A stretch of 64,000 bases of DNA from an uncultured Gammaproteobacteria bacterium (GCA_964621305.1 CAZUOM010000004.1:14209-78208); one strand, 5' to 3'. Positions 37,361 through 47,315 are shown, counted from the stretch's first letter. Notes: generated by a model not told the origin, from the letters alone. Numbers and translations are program-made.

Positions 37361-38500
37361 ATGCTCCAACCTATCTCACAAGCAACGCCCATAATTTCTT
37401 TACCGCTGCCGATAAGCGAAGGTCTTAAACCTCGTGGCACGCGAGTGATGCTGCCGCACGGGGGACTACCGGAAATTTTTCCTCCGTATTTGGCAGATCT
37501 CATACAAAAAACCGGTGGACCGACCGGACCCATCGGGCTCCAATTTGTGTCGCGGCCGGAGTTGGAGCGCAGGTTTTTCAAAACAGGGATGAAAGACCCA
37601 CTTATCGAAGACGAGCACGAGGTGGCACCGGGTCTTGTGTATAAATATCGAAGCAATATTGGGAAGAAGAACGGTGAGATGTTTTACTGGGGTCGGGCGC
37701 TTTGGACTATCACCCGCCACTGCGCTAGTTACTGCCGTTTTTGTACACGGGGGAGAGAAGTGGGGATTCCCACTGGAGTCGAGGGAGTCAGTGCTGCGGC
37801 CTTGGCCCATACACCGCATCTTCTTATGGATCAAATTAATGAAACACTGAGCTTTATTGAGAAAGAGAAGGGAATTAATGAAATCATACTTTCCGGTGGC
37901 GACCCGATGACGGTGCACCCTACCATCCTTCAATATATATTAGGGAAACTGGGTGAGCTCCAGAAAAAAGGCAGGCTCGCCATCGTACGGATTGGAACGC
38001 GCGTGCCGGTACATAACCCACTACTTCTTCGCGATGATCACTTTAAGGCAATATCTCAACTTAAGAACCCTCGGATGATGATTCATATAAATCATTATTT
38101 AGAGTTGACAGAGCAAACTCTTGGGGTTCTTGCGCGACTCCGCAAAGAGTGCGGAGCTGTCGTCATGTCACAATCAGTTTTACTCAAAGGCGTCAATGAC
38201 GATGTTGAGACACTTTACTTACTGTTTACAAAACTGACTTCTGAAGGAATTGTTCCGTATTACGTGTTTCAAAACGATCCGGTCTATTGGGCCGAGCATT
38301 TTACGGTGTCCATCAAACGTGCCGTCAAAATGTGGCAGAAGTTGCGCCCCATGCTTTCGGGAGTGGCAGCAACTGCCCGCTTTGTCATCGACACACCGAA
38401 AGGATACGGAAAAGTTCCCCTACCAGAAGGAGATGGGTGGGAAGTCAACTACCGCCGAGGCTACCGCGACTTCCACGGCAACTGGTTCCCCCTTAGATGA
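37361..38500 (+). CDS. KamA-family radical SAM protein (lysine 2,3-aminomutase-like)
   Basis: CASYCRFCTR, ILSGGDP, RIGTRVPV, HINH, QSVLLKGVND, PYY.FQ, D.P.G.GK PLP-lysine region. Confidence 0.9.
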   Translation: MLQPISQATPIISLPLPISEGLKPRGTRVMLPHGGLPEIFPPYLADLIQKTGGPTGPIGLQFVSRPELERRFFKTGMKDPLIEDEHEVAPGLVYKYRSNIGKKNGEMFYWGRALWTITRHCASYCRFCTRGREVGIPTGVEGVSAAALAHTPHLLMDQINETLSFIEKEKGINEIILSGGDPMTVHPTILQYILGKLGELQKKGRLAIVRIGTRVPVHNPLLLRDDHFKAISQLKNPRMMIHINHYLELTEQTLGVLARLRKECGAVVMSQSVLLKGVNDDVETLYLLFTKLTSEGIVPYYVFQNDPVYWAEHFTVSIKRAVKMWQKLRPMLSGVAATARFVIDTPKGYGKVPLPEGDGWEVNYRRGYRDFHGNWFPLR

Positions 38501-40932
38501 TGGGCTGTTTGGGCAGTCACCGCTTTTTGTTTGATTGCCTCAAGAAAGAAGATAAAGACCCCTGTTGCCACAACAGCAGCCAGCCAATTTCCTATCGGCA
38601 ACGGGACCGTGTGGAACACGGCAGATAACCTCGGTTGGTAGATGAGTGCAATCAAGAGCGTTAGTCCGCAGGCGGCGGCACCGAGGAGCCAGCGATTGTC
38701 AAACAAACGCAAACTGATGACGGGTTTATCTAGTGCTCGGAGCGAAAAAGCAGCACTTAGGGAACACAAACAAACAAAGACAAATACCGTCGTTTGCCCG
38801 AGAGCCAGATCGTTCATCATCAGGCCATAGAGAGCAAACAAAACAAAGCCCAATGCCGCCTTCACCGTACTTGTTGTAGCAATGAACCGCTTCACGGAAA
38901 GTGGAAAAAGTGACCTGTTGGTGTCATGAGGTTTTACGGAAAGCACCTCTCCATCTTTTGGGTCCACGGCTAGTGCCAGGTTTGGCAAGCCGTCGGAGAT
39001 AATATTGATCCAAAGAATCTGTATGGCGGTTAGTGGCAGCGGCAAGCCGGCAAGGAGGGAAGCCGTGATAAGGAGCACCTCGGTGAAGGCATCAGACAAT
39101 AGATAGATGACTACTTTACGGATATTGGCAAAAATCACGCGACCTTCTGCAACCGCTGCCACGATGGTGCGGAAACTGGAGTCCAAAAGCACCATGTCCG
39201 CCGTTTCCCGTGCCACATCGGATGCGGTTCCCACCACAATGCCGATATCGGCTTTTTTGATGGCCAGCGCATCATTGATACCGTCACCAGTCATGGCGAC
39301 GACTTCACCATTTAACTGAAGTGCCCCCACAATGGCGAGTTTCTGCTCGGGGGTGACGCGACAGAAGAGTCTGATCGTTTTTACCCGCCGGGCAAGCTCA
39401 TCCGGTGAAAGATGTGCAAGCTCTTTGCCTTCGATGATTTCAGAACTAGGATTGTCAATGGGTATACCCAACTCTGCAAGCACTGCCTCGGCGGTCAGTC
39501 GGTAGTCGCCGGTTACCACTTTTACTGAAATTCCTGCCTGCCGACAGGCTGCAAGCGCCTGGGAAACGTCGTGTCTGACTGGATCGGAAATACCCACGAC
39601 TCCCAGAAATGTCAGCTTATCGACGTCATCTGTTTTTAGTCGGTTTAAGGTATGAGATTTAGAAGCCAGTGCGATCGCGCGAAGCCCTTTGTCAGCGAGG
39701 GAGTTGACTGTCGCAAGCCACCTCTTGCGTGCGGCGGCCGAAAGCGTGCTTTTTTCAAGCAACACTTCGGGAGCTCCTTTCACCCAGATCTTGCCGGCAG
39801 TGGCAACCGCCATGTATTTTTTAGTACTGTCAAAAGGAAGCTCGGATCGCCGTGGGTGCTCATCGGCTATTTCCTGAGGATCGGTATGATCTTTTTTTTG
39901 CACCCACTCCCAGAGGGCTATCTCTAAAGGGTCGGTAAGGTCGTTGGCGATGACAGCGGCCAGCGTCACCTCGTGTGGGTCAACAACTCTTTCTTTTACC
40001 ACCTGCATGACTCCCTCGGTGAGGGTGCCAGTTTTGTCAACGGCCAGGCAGGTAACTGATCCCAGCGTCTCAGCCGAGATAAGCCGCCGCACTAGGGCTC
40101 GCTGTTTGAGTATCCGTTGCATGCCGATGGCTAAAATCACCGTCAGGGTAACGGCCATACCTTCGGGAACAGAGGAAACAGCCAGTGCCACCGCGGTCGT
40201 AAACATCACGACGAGCTTTTCTCCACGGTTGATACCGATGAGGAACACAAAGAAGCTAACACCCAGGAGAATGCCGGTCATGGTGCGGGCAAGACTTCGC
40301 AGAGACAGCTGGAGTGTCGTTTCTTCCTCGGGTGTTTCTTCCAATGTTTCGGCAATGGAGCCAATTCTGGTATGCATTCCCGTGGCTGTGACGCGCATGG
40401 TAGCCCTGCCGGAAAGCAGGGTAGTTCCGGCAAACACGGTTGAGTCCCCATCCACGTATTTAGACACCGGGAAGCTCTCGCCGGTGAGGATTGCTTCGTT
40501 TGCGGATGTCTCATGTGATTCAAGGAGTATACCGTCGGCTGGGATACGGTCGCCTGCGGCAAGCAGTACCGTGTCATCTGGCACGAGCCCTTTCGCGTCG
40601 ATGATCTTGGGTTTCCCATCGCGAATAACCCGGACATTTTGGATGAGGAACTTTTTGAGCGCATAGAGGCTGTGTTGGGCTTTTCTCTCTTGAACAAATC
40701 CCAGGATGGTATTGATGAATACGGCCAGAAAAATAATTGTGGCATCCACCAGGTCTTGTAAAAGCACGGTCACGAGACCGGCCGCAAGCAGGACATAGAT
40801 GAGGGGGCTTTTGAATTGAGAAAGGAAAAGACTGACATCTGACGGCGGTCTTCGTTCCCGGATGGTATTTGGGCCGTATTGGTTATAGAGTCTATCGGCT
40901 TCTTCGGTGGTCAACGACGGTAGTGCGGTCAC
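38461..40932 (-). CDS. Cation-translocating P-type ATPase (P2-like)
   Basis: TGES, PEG, DKTGTLT, KGAPE, TGD, GDGIND; start reassigned to GTG 40932 (TATAAT 7 nt upstream). Confidence 0.95.
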   Translation of the reverse strand: MTALPSLTTEEADRLYNQYGPNTIRERRPPSDVSLFLSQFKSPLIYVLLAAGLVTVLLQDLVDATIIFLAVFINTILGFVQERKAQHSLYALKKFLIQNVRVIRDGKPKIIDAKGLVPDDTVLLAAGDRIPADGILLESHETSANEAILTGESFPVSKYVDGDSTVFAGTTLLSGRATMRVTATGMHTRIGSIAETLEETPEEETTLQLSLRSLARTMTGILLGVSFFVFLIGINRGEKLVVMFTTAVALAVSSVPEGMAVTLTVILAIGMQRILKQRALVRRLISAETLGSVTCLAVDKTGTLTEGVMQVVKERVVDPHEVTLAAVIANDLTDPLEIALWEWVQKKDHTDPQEIADEHPRRSELPFDSTKKYMAVATAGKIWVKGAPEVLLEKSTLSAAARKRWLATVNSLADKGLRAIALASKSHTLNRLKTDDVDKLTFLGVVGISDPVRHDVSQALAACRQAGISVKVVTGDYRLTAEAVLAELGIPIDNPSSEIIEGKELAHLSPDELARRVKTIRLFCRVTPEQKLAIVGALQLNGEVVAMTGDGINDALAIKKADIGIVVGTASDVARETADMVLLDSSFRTIVAAVAEGRVIFANIRKVVIYLLSDAFTEVLLITASLLAGLPLPLTAIQILWINIISDGLPNLALAVDPKDGEVLSVKPHDTNRSLFPLSVKRFIATTSTVKAALGFVLFALYGLMMNDLALGQTTVFVFVCLCSLSAAFSLRALDKPVISLRLFDNRWLLGAAACGLTLLIALIYQPRLSAVFHTVPLPIGNWLAAVVATGVFIFFLEAIKQKAVTAQTAHHLRGNQLPWKSR

Positions 40933-40983
40933 AAATTTTATTATACTCTTGCTCACAACCGCTTTATCCATTAGAATGGTTGC

Positions 40984-41757
40984 ATGGAAGAAGGGGAAAA
41001 GAAAATTTCATTTATTGGCAATAATCCGTTTCAAATAATTATTCTCGTGGCAGTTATCGTCGGTGCGTTTTATCTCGGGTCTCTCAAAACGAAAGTGGAG
41101 ATTCTCGAGCGTGGAGGGGTAGGCTCGGGTCAGAAATCAACGATCCCAGCAGGACCCAACGCACCGGCCGCTCCCCAGCCGCCACCGCCGCAGTCAGCAG
41201 GGGACGTTCCCAAAGTCACTAAAGACGACCACGTCAAGGGAGATCGAAAAGCCAGAATTGCCCTCATCGAGTACTCCGACCTCGAGTGCCCTTTCTGCAA
41301 GCGCTTTCACCCGACAGCCCAGCAGGTGGTGGATGAGTACAAAGGTAAGGTGATGTGGGTGTATCGGCACTTTCCACTGGATCAGATCCATTCTAAAGCA
41401 GACAAGGAGGCCGAAGCCACCGAATGTGCCTGGGAACTGGGAGGAGACGACGGATTCTGGAAAATGACGGATAAGATTTTCGAGACGACCCCATCCAACA
41501 ATGGGCTCTCCCTGGACGATTTGCCGGAACTGGCAAAAGCAGCGGGGCTAGATGCCGCCAAATTCAAAGAGTGCCTGGATAGTGGACGTCAGGCGGCACG
41601 GGTGGAAGAGCAGTACCAAGGAGGGGTCCGTGCAGGCATTACCGGGACTCCGGGCAATATTCTTCTTGATACCAAAAGCGGCAAGACCCGCTTGCTTCCT
41701 GGTGCAGTACCGTTTGATTCGATCAAACCAGTGATTGACGAAATGTTGAAAGGATAA
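40984..41757 (+). CDS. DsbA-family thiol-disulfide oxidoreductase
   Basis: EYSDLECPFCKRF, RHFPL, GTP; N-terminal TM. Confidence 0.93.
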   Translation: MEEGEKKISFIGNNPFQIIILVAVIVGAFYLGSLKTKVEILERGGVGSGQKSTIPAGPNAPAAPQPPPPQSAGDVPKVTKDDHVKGDRKARIALIEYSDLECPFCKRFHPTAQQVVDEYKGKVMWVYRHFPLDQIHSKADKEAEATECAWELGGDDGFWKMTDKIFETTPSNNGLSLDDLPELAKAAGLDAAKFKECLDSGRQAARVEEQYQGGVRAGITGTPGNILLDTKSGKTRLLPGAVPFDSIKPVIDEMLKG

Positions 41758-41789
41758 GGTTAAGAGTAATCACTTTTGTCCCATAGTAC

Positions 41790-41827
41790 TTGACTTCTTC
41801 TTCTTCTTCTTCTTCTTCTTCTAAACT
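41790..41827 (+). promoter_or_regulatory. Promoter-like -35/-10 pair with microsatellite spacer
   Basis: TTGACT(41790-95), 26-nt spacer, TAAACT(41822-27). Confidence 0.5.
41794..41820. repeat. (CTT)9 microsatellite
   Basis: Nine perfect CTT units. Confidence 0.97.
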
Positions 41828-41989
41828 CCATCCTTAGATAAACAAAAAAGCGCGTCTAAATGCGACGCAATTTTTTTGGTTTATCGGTCATCGGGAAACC
41901 TCGGGGTTTTGAACTTGTGTGTATAACTCGAGTCCTGTTCATGACCGAAAATTTTGCGCGTTTAAGTAAGGTCCAAGAAAGGAGGCAAT

Positions 41990-42124
41990 ATGAAAAAAAA
42001 GAATCTTGGACCCCTGTTCATTGTCATAACCCTGGGTATTTGGTGGTTACTGCAGGGATGGTATGCGGGGATGATAATCGCGTTGATGTTAATCGGTGCG
42101 ATTATGTATATGGATAATGAGTAA
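41990..42124 (+). CDS. 44-aa hydrophobic membrane peptide
   Basis: MKKKNLGPLFIVITLGIWWLLQGWYAGMIIALMLIGAIMYMDNE; AAGGAGG at 41979-85. Confidence 0.7.
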   Translation: MKKKNLGPLFIVITLGIWWLLQGWYAGMIIALMLIGAIMYMDNE

Positions 42125-42132
42125 ACGTGCAA

Positions 42133-42200
42133 GCCCCTCCGGAGTCGGAATTTGTGCCAGAAATGGCATGATTTTCGATGTTGATGGAGGGGTGTGTTTT
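42133..42200 (+). terminator. Long 3' hairpin/terminator
   Basis: gcccctcc/ggaggggt outer stem, tgcca-GAAA-tggca apex, T-rich tail. Confidence 0.6.
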
Positions 42201-42324
42201 ATCTTGACGAGCGCGACTTGCCGCGCTCGTATAGCTTGGCGGCGATGAGGACTAATGCCACCGCGATGAGGGTAAGAGCAAATGCAATTTGTGCTGTGGT
42301 GATAACGTTCCAGAAGTCAATCAT
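42199..42324 (-). CDS. 41-aa single-TM protein
   Basis: MIDFWNVITTAQIAFALTLIAVALVLIAAKLYERGKSRSSR; ATGA overlap with upstream ORF. Confidence 0.6.
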   Translation of the reverse strand: MIDFWNVITTAQIAFALTLIAVALVLIAAKLYERGKSRSSR

Positions 42325-42548
42325 ATTCGCTTCGCTTGTTTGGTTAAGTAGACAGATAGATACAACATTACCATACCAAAAGTAAATGAGACAATCAAGA
42401 CCAATGGCCATTCTGGTTTTTGTAGCACTTCAAATCCAGGAGAAATAAAAATGACACCGAACCAAGCGGCAGAAAGATTTTGACAAACACCGGCGACGGC
42501 AAGAAGCCAAAGTATCGTATCTTTTTTGCGAAAAGAAATAAAGTTCAT
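42321..42548 (-). CDS. Small two-TM hypothetical protein
   Basis: 75 aa, NLSAAWFG..ISP motif, directly after ruvB. Confidence 0.65.
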   Translation of the reverse strand: MNFISFRKKDTILWLLAVAGVCQNLSAAWFGVIFISPGFEVLQKPEWPLVLIVSFTFGMVMLYLSVYLTKQAKRI

Positions 42549-42555
42549 GGGTGAT

Positions 42556-43572
42556 TTAGAATAACTCCTCTTGCAACTTCTTTGGTAGTGTTTTTCCTAG
42601 GTGTTTGAATGCGGCGGGGGTTGCGAGGCGGCCGCGGGGGGTGCGCTTGAGAAATCCAATCTGCATAAGATACGGCTCAAGTACTTCCTCAACCGTGCCG
42701 ATGTCTTCGGATAATGCTGCTGCAATGGTTTCGATGCCGACCGGGCCGCCGGAGAATTTTTCGATAATCGCCGTCAGCAGCCGCCGATCAGAACTATCCA
42801 GTCCCATCGGGTCAACCTCAAGCATGTCGAGTGCCTTGTGCAAAATATCCTCGGTGATTCCGCCGTCTCCTTCCACCTGGGCTACATCGCGGACACGCTT
42901 GAGGAGCCGTAGCGCTATCCGCGGTGTGCCACGACTTCTGACAGCAAGTTCTTGTTTTGCCGCTTTGTGGATGGCAATCTTGAGCTTACTGGCTGCGCGT
43001 TCGATGATTTGCTCAAGTTCCATGGGTTGGTAAAAACTTAATCGCGAGACGACTCCAAAGCGATCCCGCATTGGTGAAGAGAGGAGTCCGATTCTCGTGG
43101 TTGCCCCGACTATGGTAAACGGCGGCAGGTCCAGCCGAAGCGTGCGGGCCGAGGGACCTTTGCCGATGACAATGTCAAGGGCAAAGTCTTCCATAGCCGG
43201 ATAGATAGTTTCCTCAACGACTTTGTTGAGCCTGTGAATCTCATCGATAAAGAGGATATCTTTTGGTTCAAGGTTAGTGAGTATCGATGCGAGGTCTCCA
43301 GCACGCTCGAGAGACGGCCCGCTTGTGACGCGAACATTGACGCCAAGTTCTTTGCCGATGATGTGAGCGAGCGTGGTTTTACCTAGTCCAGGAGGGCCGT
43401 AGAGGAGAATGTGCTCGACAGCCTCTTTGCGTTTTTTGGCTGCAGCAAGGGCGACTTTGAGCGAACGTTTGACTACCTCCTGTCCTTCAAACTCGTCCCA
43501 TGAGGTAGCTCGAAGTGAAGTAAAGAGTATTTCTTCGTCAGGCGTCGTTACCTTTTTTAGTTTTTTTGTCAT
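42556..43572 (-). CDS. ruvB: Holliday junction helicase RuvB
   Basis: [37 protein letters not shown]. Confidence 0.98.
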   Translation of the reverse strand: MTKKLKKVTTPDEEILFTSLRATSWDEFEGQEVVKRSLKVALAAAKKRKEAVEHILLYGPPGLGKTTLAHIIGKELGVNVRVTSGPSLERAGDLASILTNLEPKDILFIDEIHRLNKVVEETIYPAMEDFALDIVIGKGPSARTLRLDLPPFTIVGATTRIGLLSSPMRDRFGVVSRLSFYQPMELEQIIERAASKLKIAIHKAAKQELAVRSRGTPRIALRLLKRVRDVAQVEGDGGITEDILHKALDMLEVDPMGLDSSDRRLLTAIIEKFSGGPVGIETIAAALSEDIGTVEEVLEPYLMQIGFLKRTPRGRLATPAAFKHLGKTLPKKLQEELF

Positions 43573-44144
43573 GGTTTTCCCAAGAGCTTGAGTGCTTGTC
43601 TGACTTTATCTTCGACGCTTACGGCGTCGGCGTCCAGCCTCTTGACTACCTCCAGCGCTTCGCTTCTTGCAAAACCCATGGAGATGAGTGCATCAAGAAC
43701 ATCCTTTGTTTCGCCACCAATCTCGCCTCCAAGGTCGAGCTCAGCAACACTGCCTAATTTATTTTTTAATTCAATAATAATCTTTTGAGCATTTTTGGTG
43801 CCGACACGGGGAATTGTGGTAAAAAAGGTAACGTCGGCGGCTGCCACCGCCTTGCGTATCGCTTGTGCGCCCCGATCTACAATAGCTAGACCCGTGCGCG
43901 GTCCGACGCCTGGGACAGTTAACAATAGCTCAAATAGTAAGAGCTCTTCTTGCGTGGTAAAGCCATAGAGGTCGAGCGCGTCATCTCGCACATGCGTATG
44001 AGTAAACAAGGCAATATCTTTCCCGACTGGAGAATTTGAAATAACTTTGTCCGCAAGATAAACACGATACCCGACGCCACCGACCATGACGATAACGGGA
44101 TTAGTGCTCGATGAAAAAATTGTACCTTTTAATGCTCCGATCAT
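43569..44144 (-). CDS. ruvA: Holliday junction branch migration protein RuvA
   Basis: [35 protein letters not shown]. Confidence 0.96.
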   Translation of the reverse strand: MIGALKGTIFSSSTNPVIVMVGGVGYRVYLADKVISNSPVGKDIALFTHTHVRDDALDLYGFTTQEELLLFELLLTVPGVGPRTGLAIVDRGAQAIRKAVAAADVTFFTTIPRVGTKNAQKIIIELKNKLGSVAELDLGGEIGGETKDVLDALISMGFARSEALEVVKRLDADAVSVEDKVRQALKLLGKP

Positions 44145-44629
44145 ACAAATTTTGCTTTCGTGCGATACGAGTATGCGTGCGTTAAGGCTATAGCCAGAGC
44201 GTCGGCCACGTCGTCCGGTTTTGGAATAGAGCTAAGGTGGAGAAGATTTTTCACCATGTGTTGTACTTGTGTTTTATCCGCGCGGCCGTTTCCGATAATC
44301 GTTTGTTTCACGACAAGCGGAGTATATGATATCACGGGGACACTAGCCTTTGCCCCAGCCAAAAGAACAACGCCTCGGCCCTGGGCAACCGGAATAACGG
44401 TCTTGGCGTTTGTCGCAAAGAAAAGTTCCTCCAGAGCAATGGCATCGGGTTTTTCTTTTGTAAGCAAGTGGGTGAGCTTGTCAAAAATATGCTTAAGCCG
44501 GTCGGCTGGAGCGTCTGATGGTTTTGTTTCGATACAGCCGAAACTGCCAACGACGGTTTTTCCTTTGCTTTCATTAACCAGGCCCCACCCAACCCGCGCA
44601 GTCCCCGGATCAATGCCAAGGATTTTCAT
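44141..44629 (-). CDS. ruvC: Crossover junction endodeoxyribonuclease RuvC
   Basis: ILGIDPG, EELFF..N, G.ADK.QV, DD.ADALAIA. Confidence 0.97.
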   Translation of the reverse strand: MKILGIDPGTARVGWGLVNESKGKTVVGSFGCIETKPSDAPADRLKHIFDKLTHLLTKEKPDAIALEELFFATNAKTVIPVAQGRGVVLLAGAKASVPVISYTPLVVKQTIIGNGRADKTQVQHMVKNLLHLSSIPKPDDVADALAIALTHAYSYRTKAKFV

Positions 44630-44653
44630 GTGGATTTGTTATACCATAAATCT

Positions 44654-45028
44654 ATGAACCCCATCATCCGGTTTCTTCTAGTAGCAGGAGCTACAGCTTC
44701 AGTTGTTGTGATTGTCAGTTTACTCTGGCCGCGCTTAACCAGCCAGCCGCGTCCGGAGGTTCTCCAGGCAGTACAGGAGACTGCGCTAACAACCGGAGTT
44801 GGCCAGGAGGCAGCCAAAGTTTTGGGAGTTGAGGAGGAGAAAAACGTCAAACCAGTCAATCTTTCCTCAGCGGCCGCCTCAGTAGCTGGGGGTATATCGT
44901 CAACCATTGCGCAGAAAGCGCAGGAAATTGTAACACAACAAATTACTAACCAGATCATTAGTCACTACACCCAGCTACCACAATCTCAGCAGCAACAAGT
45001 TCAAGAGTTTATATGCAAACCTAAGTAA
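44654..45028 (+). CDS. Membrane-anchored hypothetical protein
   Basis: N-terminal TM, helical Gln-rich tail ending FICK; start ATG 44654. Confidence 0.7.
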   Translation: MNPIIRFLLVAGATASVVVIVSLLWPRLTSQPRPEVLQAVQETALTTGVGQEAAKVLGVEEEKNVKPVNLSSAAASVAGGISSTIAQKAQEIVTQQITNQIISHYTQLPQSQQQQVQEFICKPK

Positions 45029-45031
45029 GAT

Positions 45032-45772
45032 ATGGCTATTATTTACGCATTAATTTCAGTTATTTTTGTAAGTCTTCTGTCACTTCTTGGCGCCGTGTTT
45101 TTGGTGTTTCAGCGAGAACTTGTTCACAAATTTATTACCTTTACACTGGCGTTTTCTTCGGGAGTAATGTTGGGGAGCGTATTTTTCGATTTGTTACCCG
45201 AAAGTCTGGGTATGTTGCCCGAGCAAACGTTCCCGTTGACCCTTCTTGGTATCATCTGTTTTTTTGCATTAGAAAAACTTCTCCGCTGGCACCATCACGT
45301 TCCCGGAGATCACCGGGAAGAAGAAGAAGCTGTGGCCTATCTTTCGCTAATTGGGGACGGCATTCATAACTTTGTCGATGGGGTGATTATCGGCGCTGCA
45401 TACCTGGTTTCTATTCCGATCGGTGTCACGACCACGCTTGCCGTGATAGCTCACGAGATCCCCCACGAGATGAGCGATTTTACCATCCTCATCCACGGAG
45501 GCTTTCCCACTGCCAAAGCGCTCTGGTACAATCTTCTCTCAGCTCTTACAGCCGTTGTTGGCGCTCTCTTTGTCCTTATTGTGACGACTGTGTTTGGCGA
45601 TCTGGTTGCCTTGTTGGTGCCATTTGCGGCTGGCAACTTTCTGTATATTGCATCCAGCGACCTTATTCCTGAGCTCCAGAAAAAACGCGAACTGCCAACA
45701 TCAGTTGCCCAAATCCTCTTGCTTATCGGGGGCGTTTTGGTTATGGTGGTCGTACGAGGCCTCTTTGAATAA
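45032..45772 (+). CDS. ZIP-family metal transporter
   Basis: DGIHNFVDG, HEIPHEMSDF, His-rich loop, DLIPEL. Confidence 0.95.
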   Translation: MAIIYALISVIFVSLLSLLGAVFLVFQRELVHKFITFTLAFSSGVMLGSVFFDLLPESLGMLPEQTFPLTLLGIICFFALEKLLRWHHHVPGDHREEEEAVAYLSLIGDGIHNFVDGVIIGAAYLVSIPIGVTTTLAVIAHEIPHEMSDFTILIHGGFPTAKALWYNLLSALTAVVGALFVLIVTTVFGDLVALLVPFAAGNFLYIASSDLIPELQKKRELPTSVAQILLLIGGVLVMVVVRGLFE

Positions 45773-45775
45773 ACT

Positions 45776-46572
45776 ATGAATGACTTTGGAAAAGATAACC
45801 CATCTGCGGTTACGTTCCCTCGACCGGAATACCCTTCCTCGGGTCGCTATATTTCTAGTGAATGGACGATCGAACATGGTGATCGTATTGGGAGCGGATC
45901 AGTAGCTGACATATACGATTGTTGGACTAACCGTAATACAGGACAGTTATTCGTTGCAAAAGAATTTTCTGTAACTAACTATGAGTTCTATAGAGATGAA
46001 GTAGCTGCATTTCTACGAGCCAGGGGGGTGTACCGTACCTGGTCAAGATGTTTGACTACGGAAAGGATAAATCTACATTTAGGAACGTTATTATCGAAGA
46101 GCGAGTGAGGAGCGAAAGGGTTTTTAGTAGAGGGAAAACATTGTCTCCGGTTGACAAACTTATGATCCTATATCAGTATCTTAAATTTCTAGAAGCATTA
46201 AAACAGAAGGGAATAATAAATTTGGATCCCAAAATGGATAATGTATTTTATGATGCCGATGAAGTCGAGATAACTGCGATAGACTTGGGTGTCGTTAAAT
46301 TTGCGACAAATAGAGCCGACGCAGATAGACTGATGAAAGAAGGACTCTTTCGTCCTTTAAGGGGAAGAGGGGTGCCTATTCTTGCTGAGGAAGTTACAAA
46401 ACTATTTGACGGTCAAGGTGCCTTTGTAACTAATTATGCAGAACTTGCAAAATCAGGAAGTTTGCCTGATGTAACTTCAATTCCAAAAGGCTTACAAAGA
46501 GGAATGATAGAACTGTTTAACGGGAGAATAAATTCAATACCACAGCTCGAACAAGTTTTCAGAGCAGGATAG
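45776..46572 (+). pseudogene. Protein kinase-like gene split by a frameshift at G6 (46023-46028)
   Basis: Frame 1: IGSGSVADIY, VAKEF, E; frame 2: GVPYLVKMFDYG, NLDPKMDN, IDLG; G7 or G4 fuses them. Confidence 0.75.
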
Positions 46573-46637
46573 GTGATCCCTACTAATTAAATGGTTTATT
46601 TGACACCATTTAGTTTTTGAAGTAATATAAATGGTAT

Positions 46638-46880
46638 ATGAATGCAACCTTAACAATTTCTTCTCAAGGACAGGTGGTGATCCCCGCGGCAGTGCGGCGT
46701 ATCTTGGGTTCCAAGCCGGGGGATAAATTACGGCTTCGAGTAGAAAAGCGCCAGAAGACAGTTGTTGCCGTTATTGAACCGGTGGCCAAACGATGGGTTG
46801 ATCGCCTGTACGGAGCAGCCAAGGGTGTATACGGCGACGTGGACAAGTATATTGAAAAAGAGCGCAATAGCTGGAGATAA
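46638..46880 (+). CDS. AbrB/MazE-type antitoxin
   Basis: ISSQGQVVIPAAVRRILG.KPGD; TTGACA-17-TAATAT promoter. Confidence 0.9.
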   Translation: MNATLTISSQGQVVIPAAVRRILGSKPGDKLRLRVEKRQKTVVAVIEPVAKRWVDRLYGAAKGVYGDVDKYIEKERNSWR

Positions 46881-46883
46881 TCT

Positions 46884-47315
46884 ATGATCAGGCGGATTGG
46901 GCTGGACAGCATGGTGTTTATCTATTTCTTCGAAAAACGCGAGCCCTACGGATCTATTGCCAGAGACTTTATTGCCCAGATTGAAAACGGTAAGATACTG
47001 GCTGTTACTTCATTCGTCACCATTATTGAAACCCTGTCGGTAGCAAAGCTACAAACCAACCCAGTGTTGTACGACGATATCGTTTCATTTTTTCAAACGA
47101 CCCCATCGTTGACTATAGTCTTTCCTCATTGGGAAGTGTCTTTAGCAACAGCGAGACTGCGGCAGAAGTACTCTAAGCTACGGACACCCGATGCCATTCA
47201 GCTAGCCACAGCAGCTATAGAAAACGTTGATTATCTCGTTACTAACGATAAACGTCTTTTACATCTGCCTCAACCGCCCGTCCCGATTCGTGCTATTCGC
47301 AATCTGGTAGAATGA
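46884..47315 (+). CDS. vapC: VapC/PIN-domain toxin
   Basis: [28 protein letters not shown]. Confidence 0.9.
   Translation: MIRRIGLDSMVFIYFFEKREPYGSIARDFIAQIENGKILAVTSFVTIIETLSVAKLQTNPVLYDDIVSFFQTTPSLTIVFPHWEVSLATARLRQKYSKLRTPDAIQLATAAIENVDYLVTNDKRLLHLPQPPVPIRAIRNLVE

Noticed and set aside
37027-37369. Minus-strand 90-aa ORF (37097-37369) and 29-aa ORF (37027-37116)
   Set aside because: No recognisable motifs, they overlap the probable kamA promoter region, and evidence is insufficient to call them genes.
39944-40666. Long antisense ORFs (also 186-626, 17455-17988, 29455-30099, 34998-35570, 57626-58255)
   Set aside because: They are shadows of well-supported genes on the opposite strand and carry no motifs.
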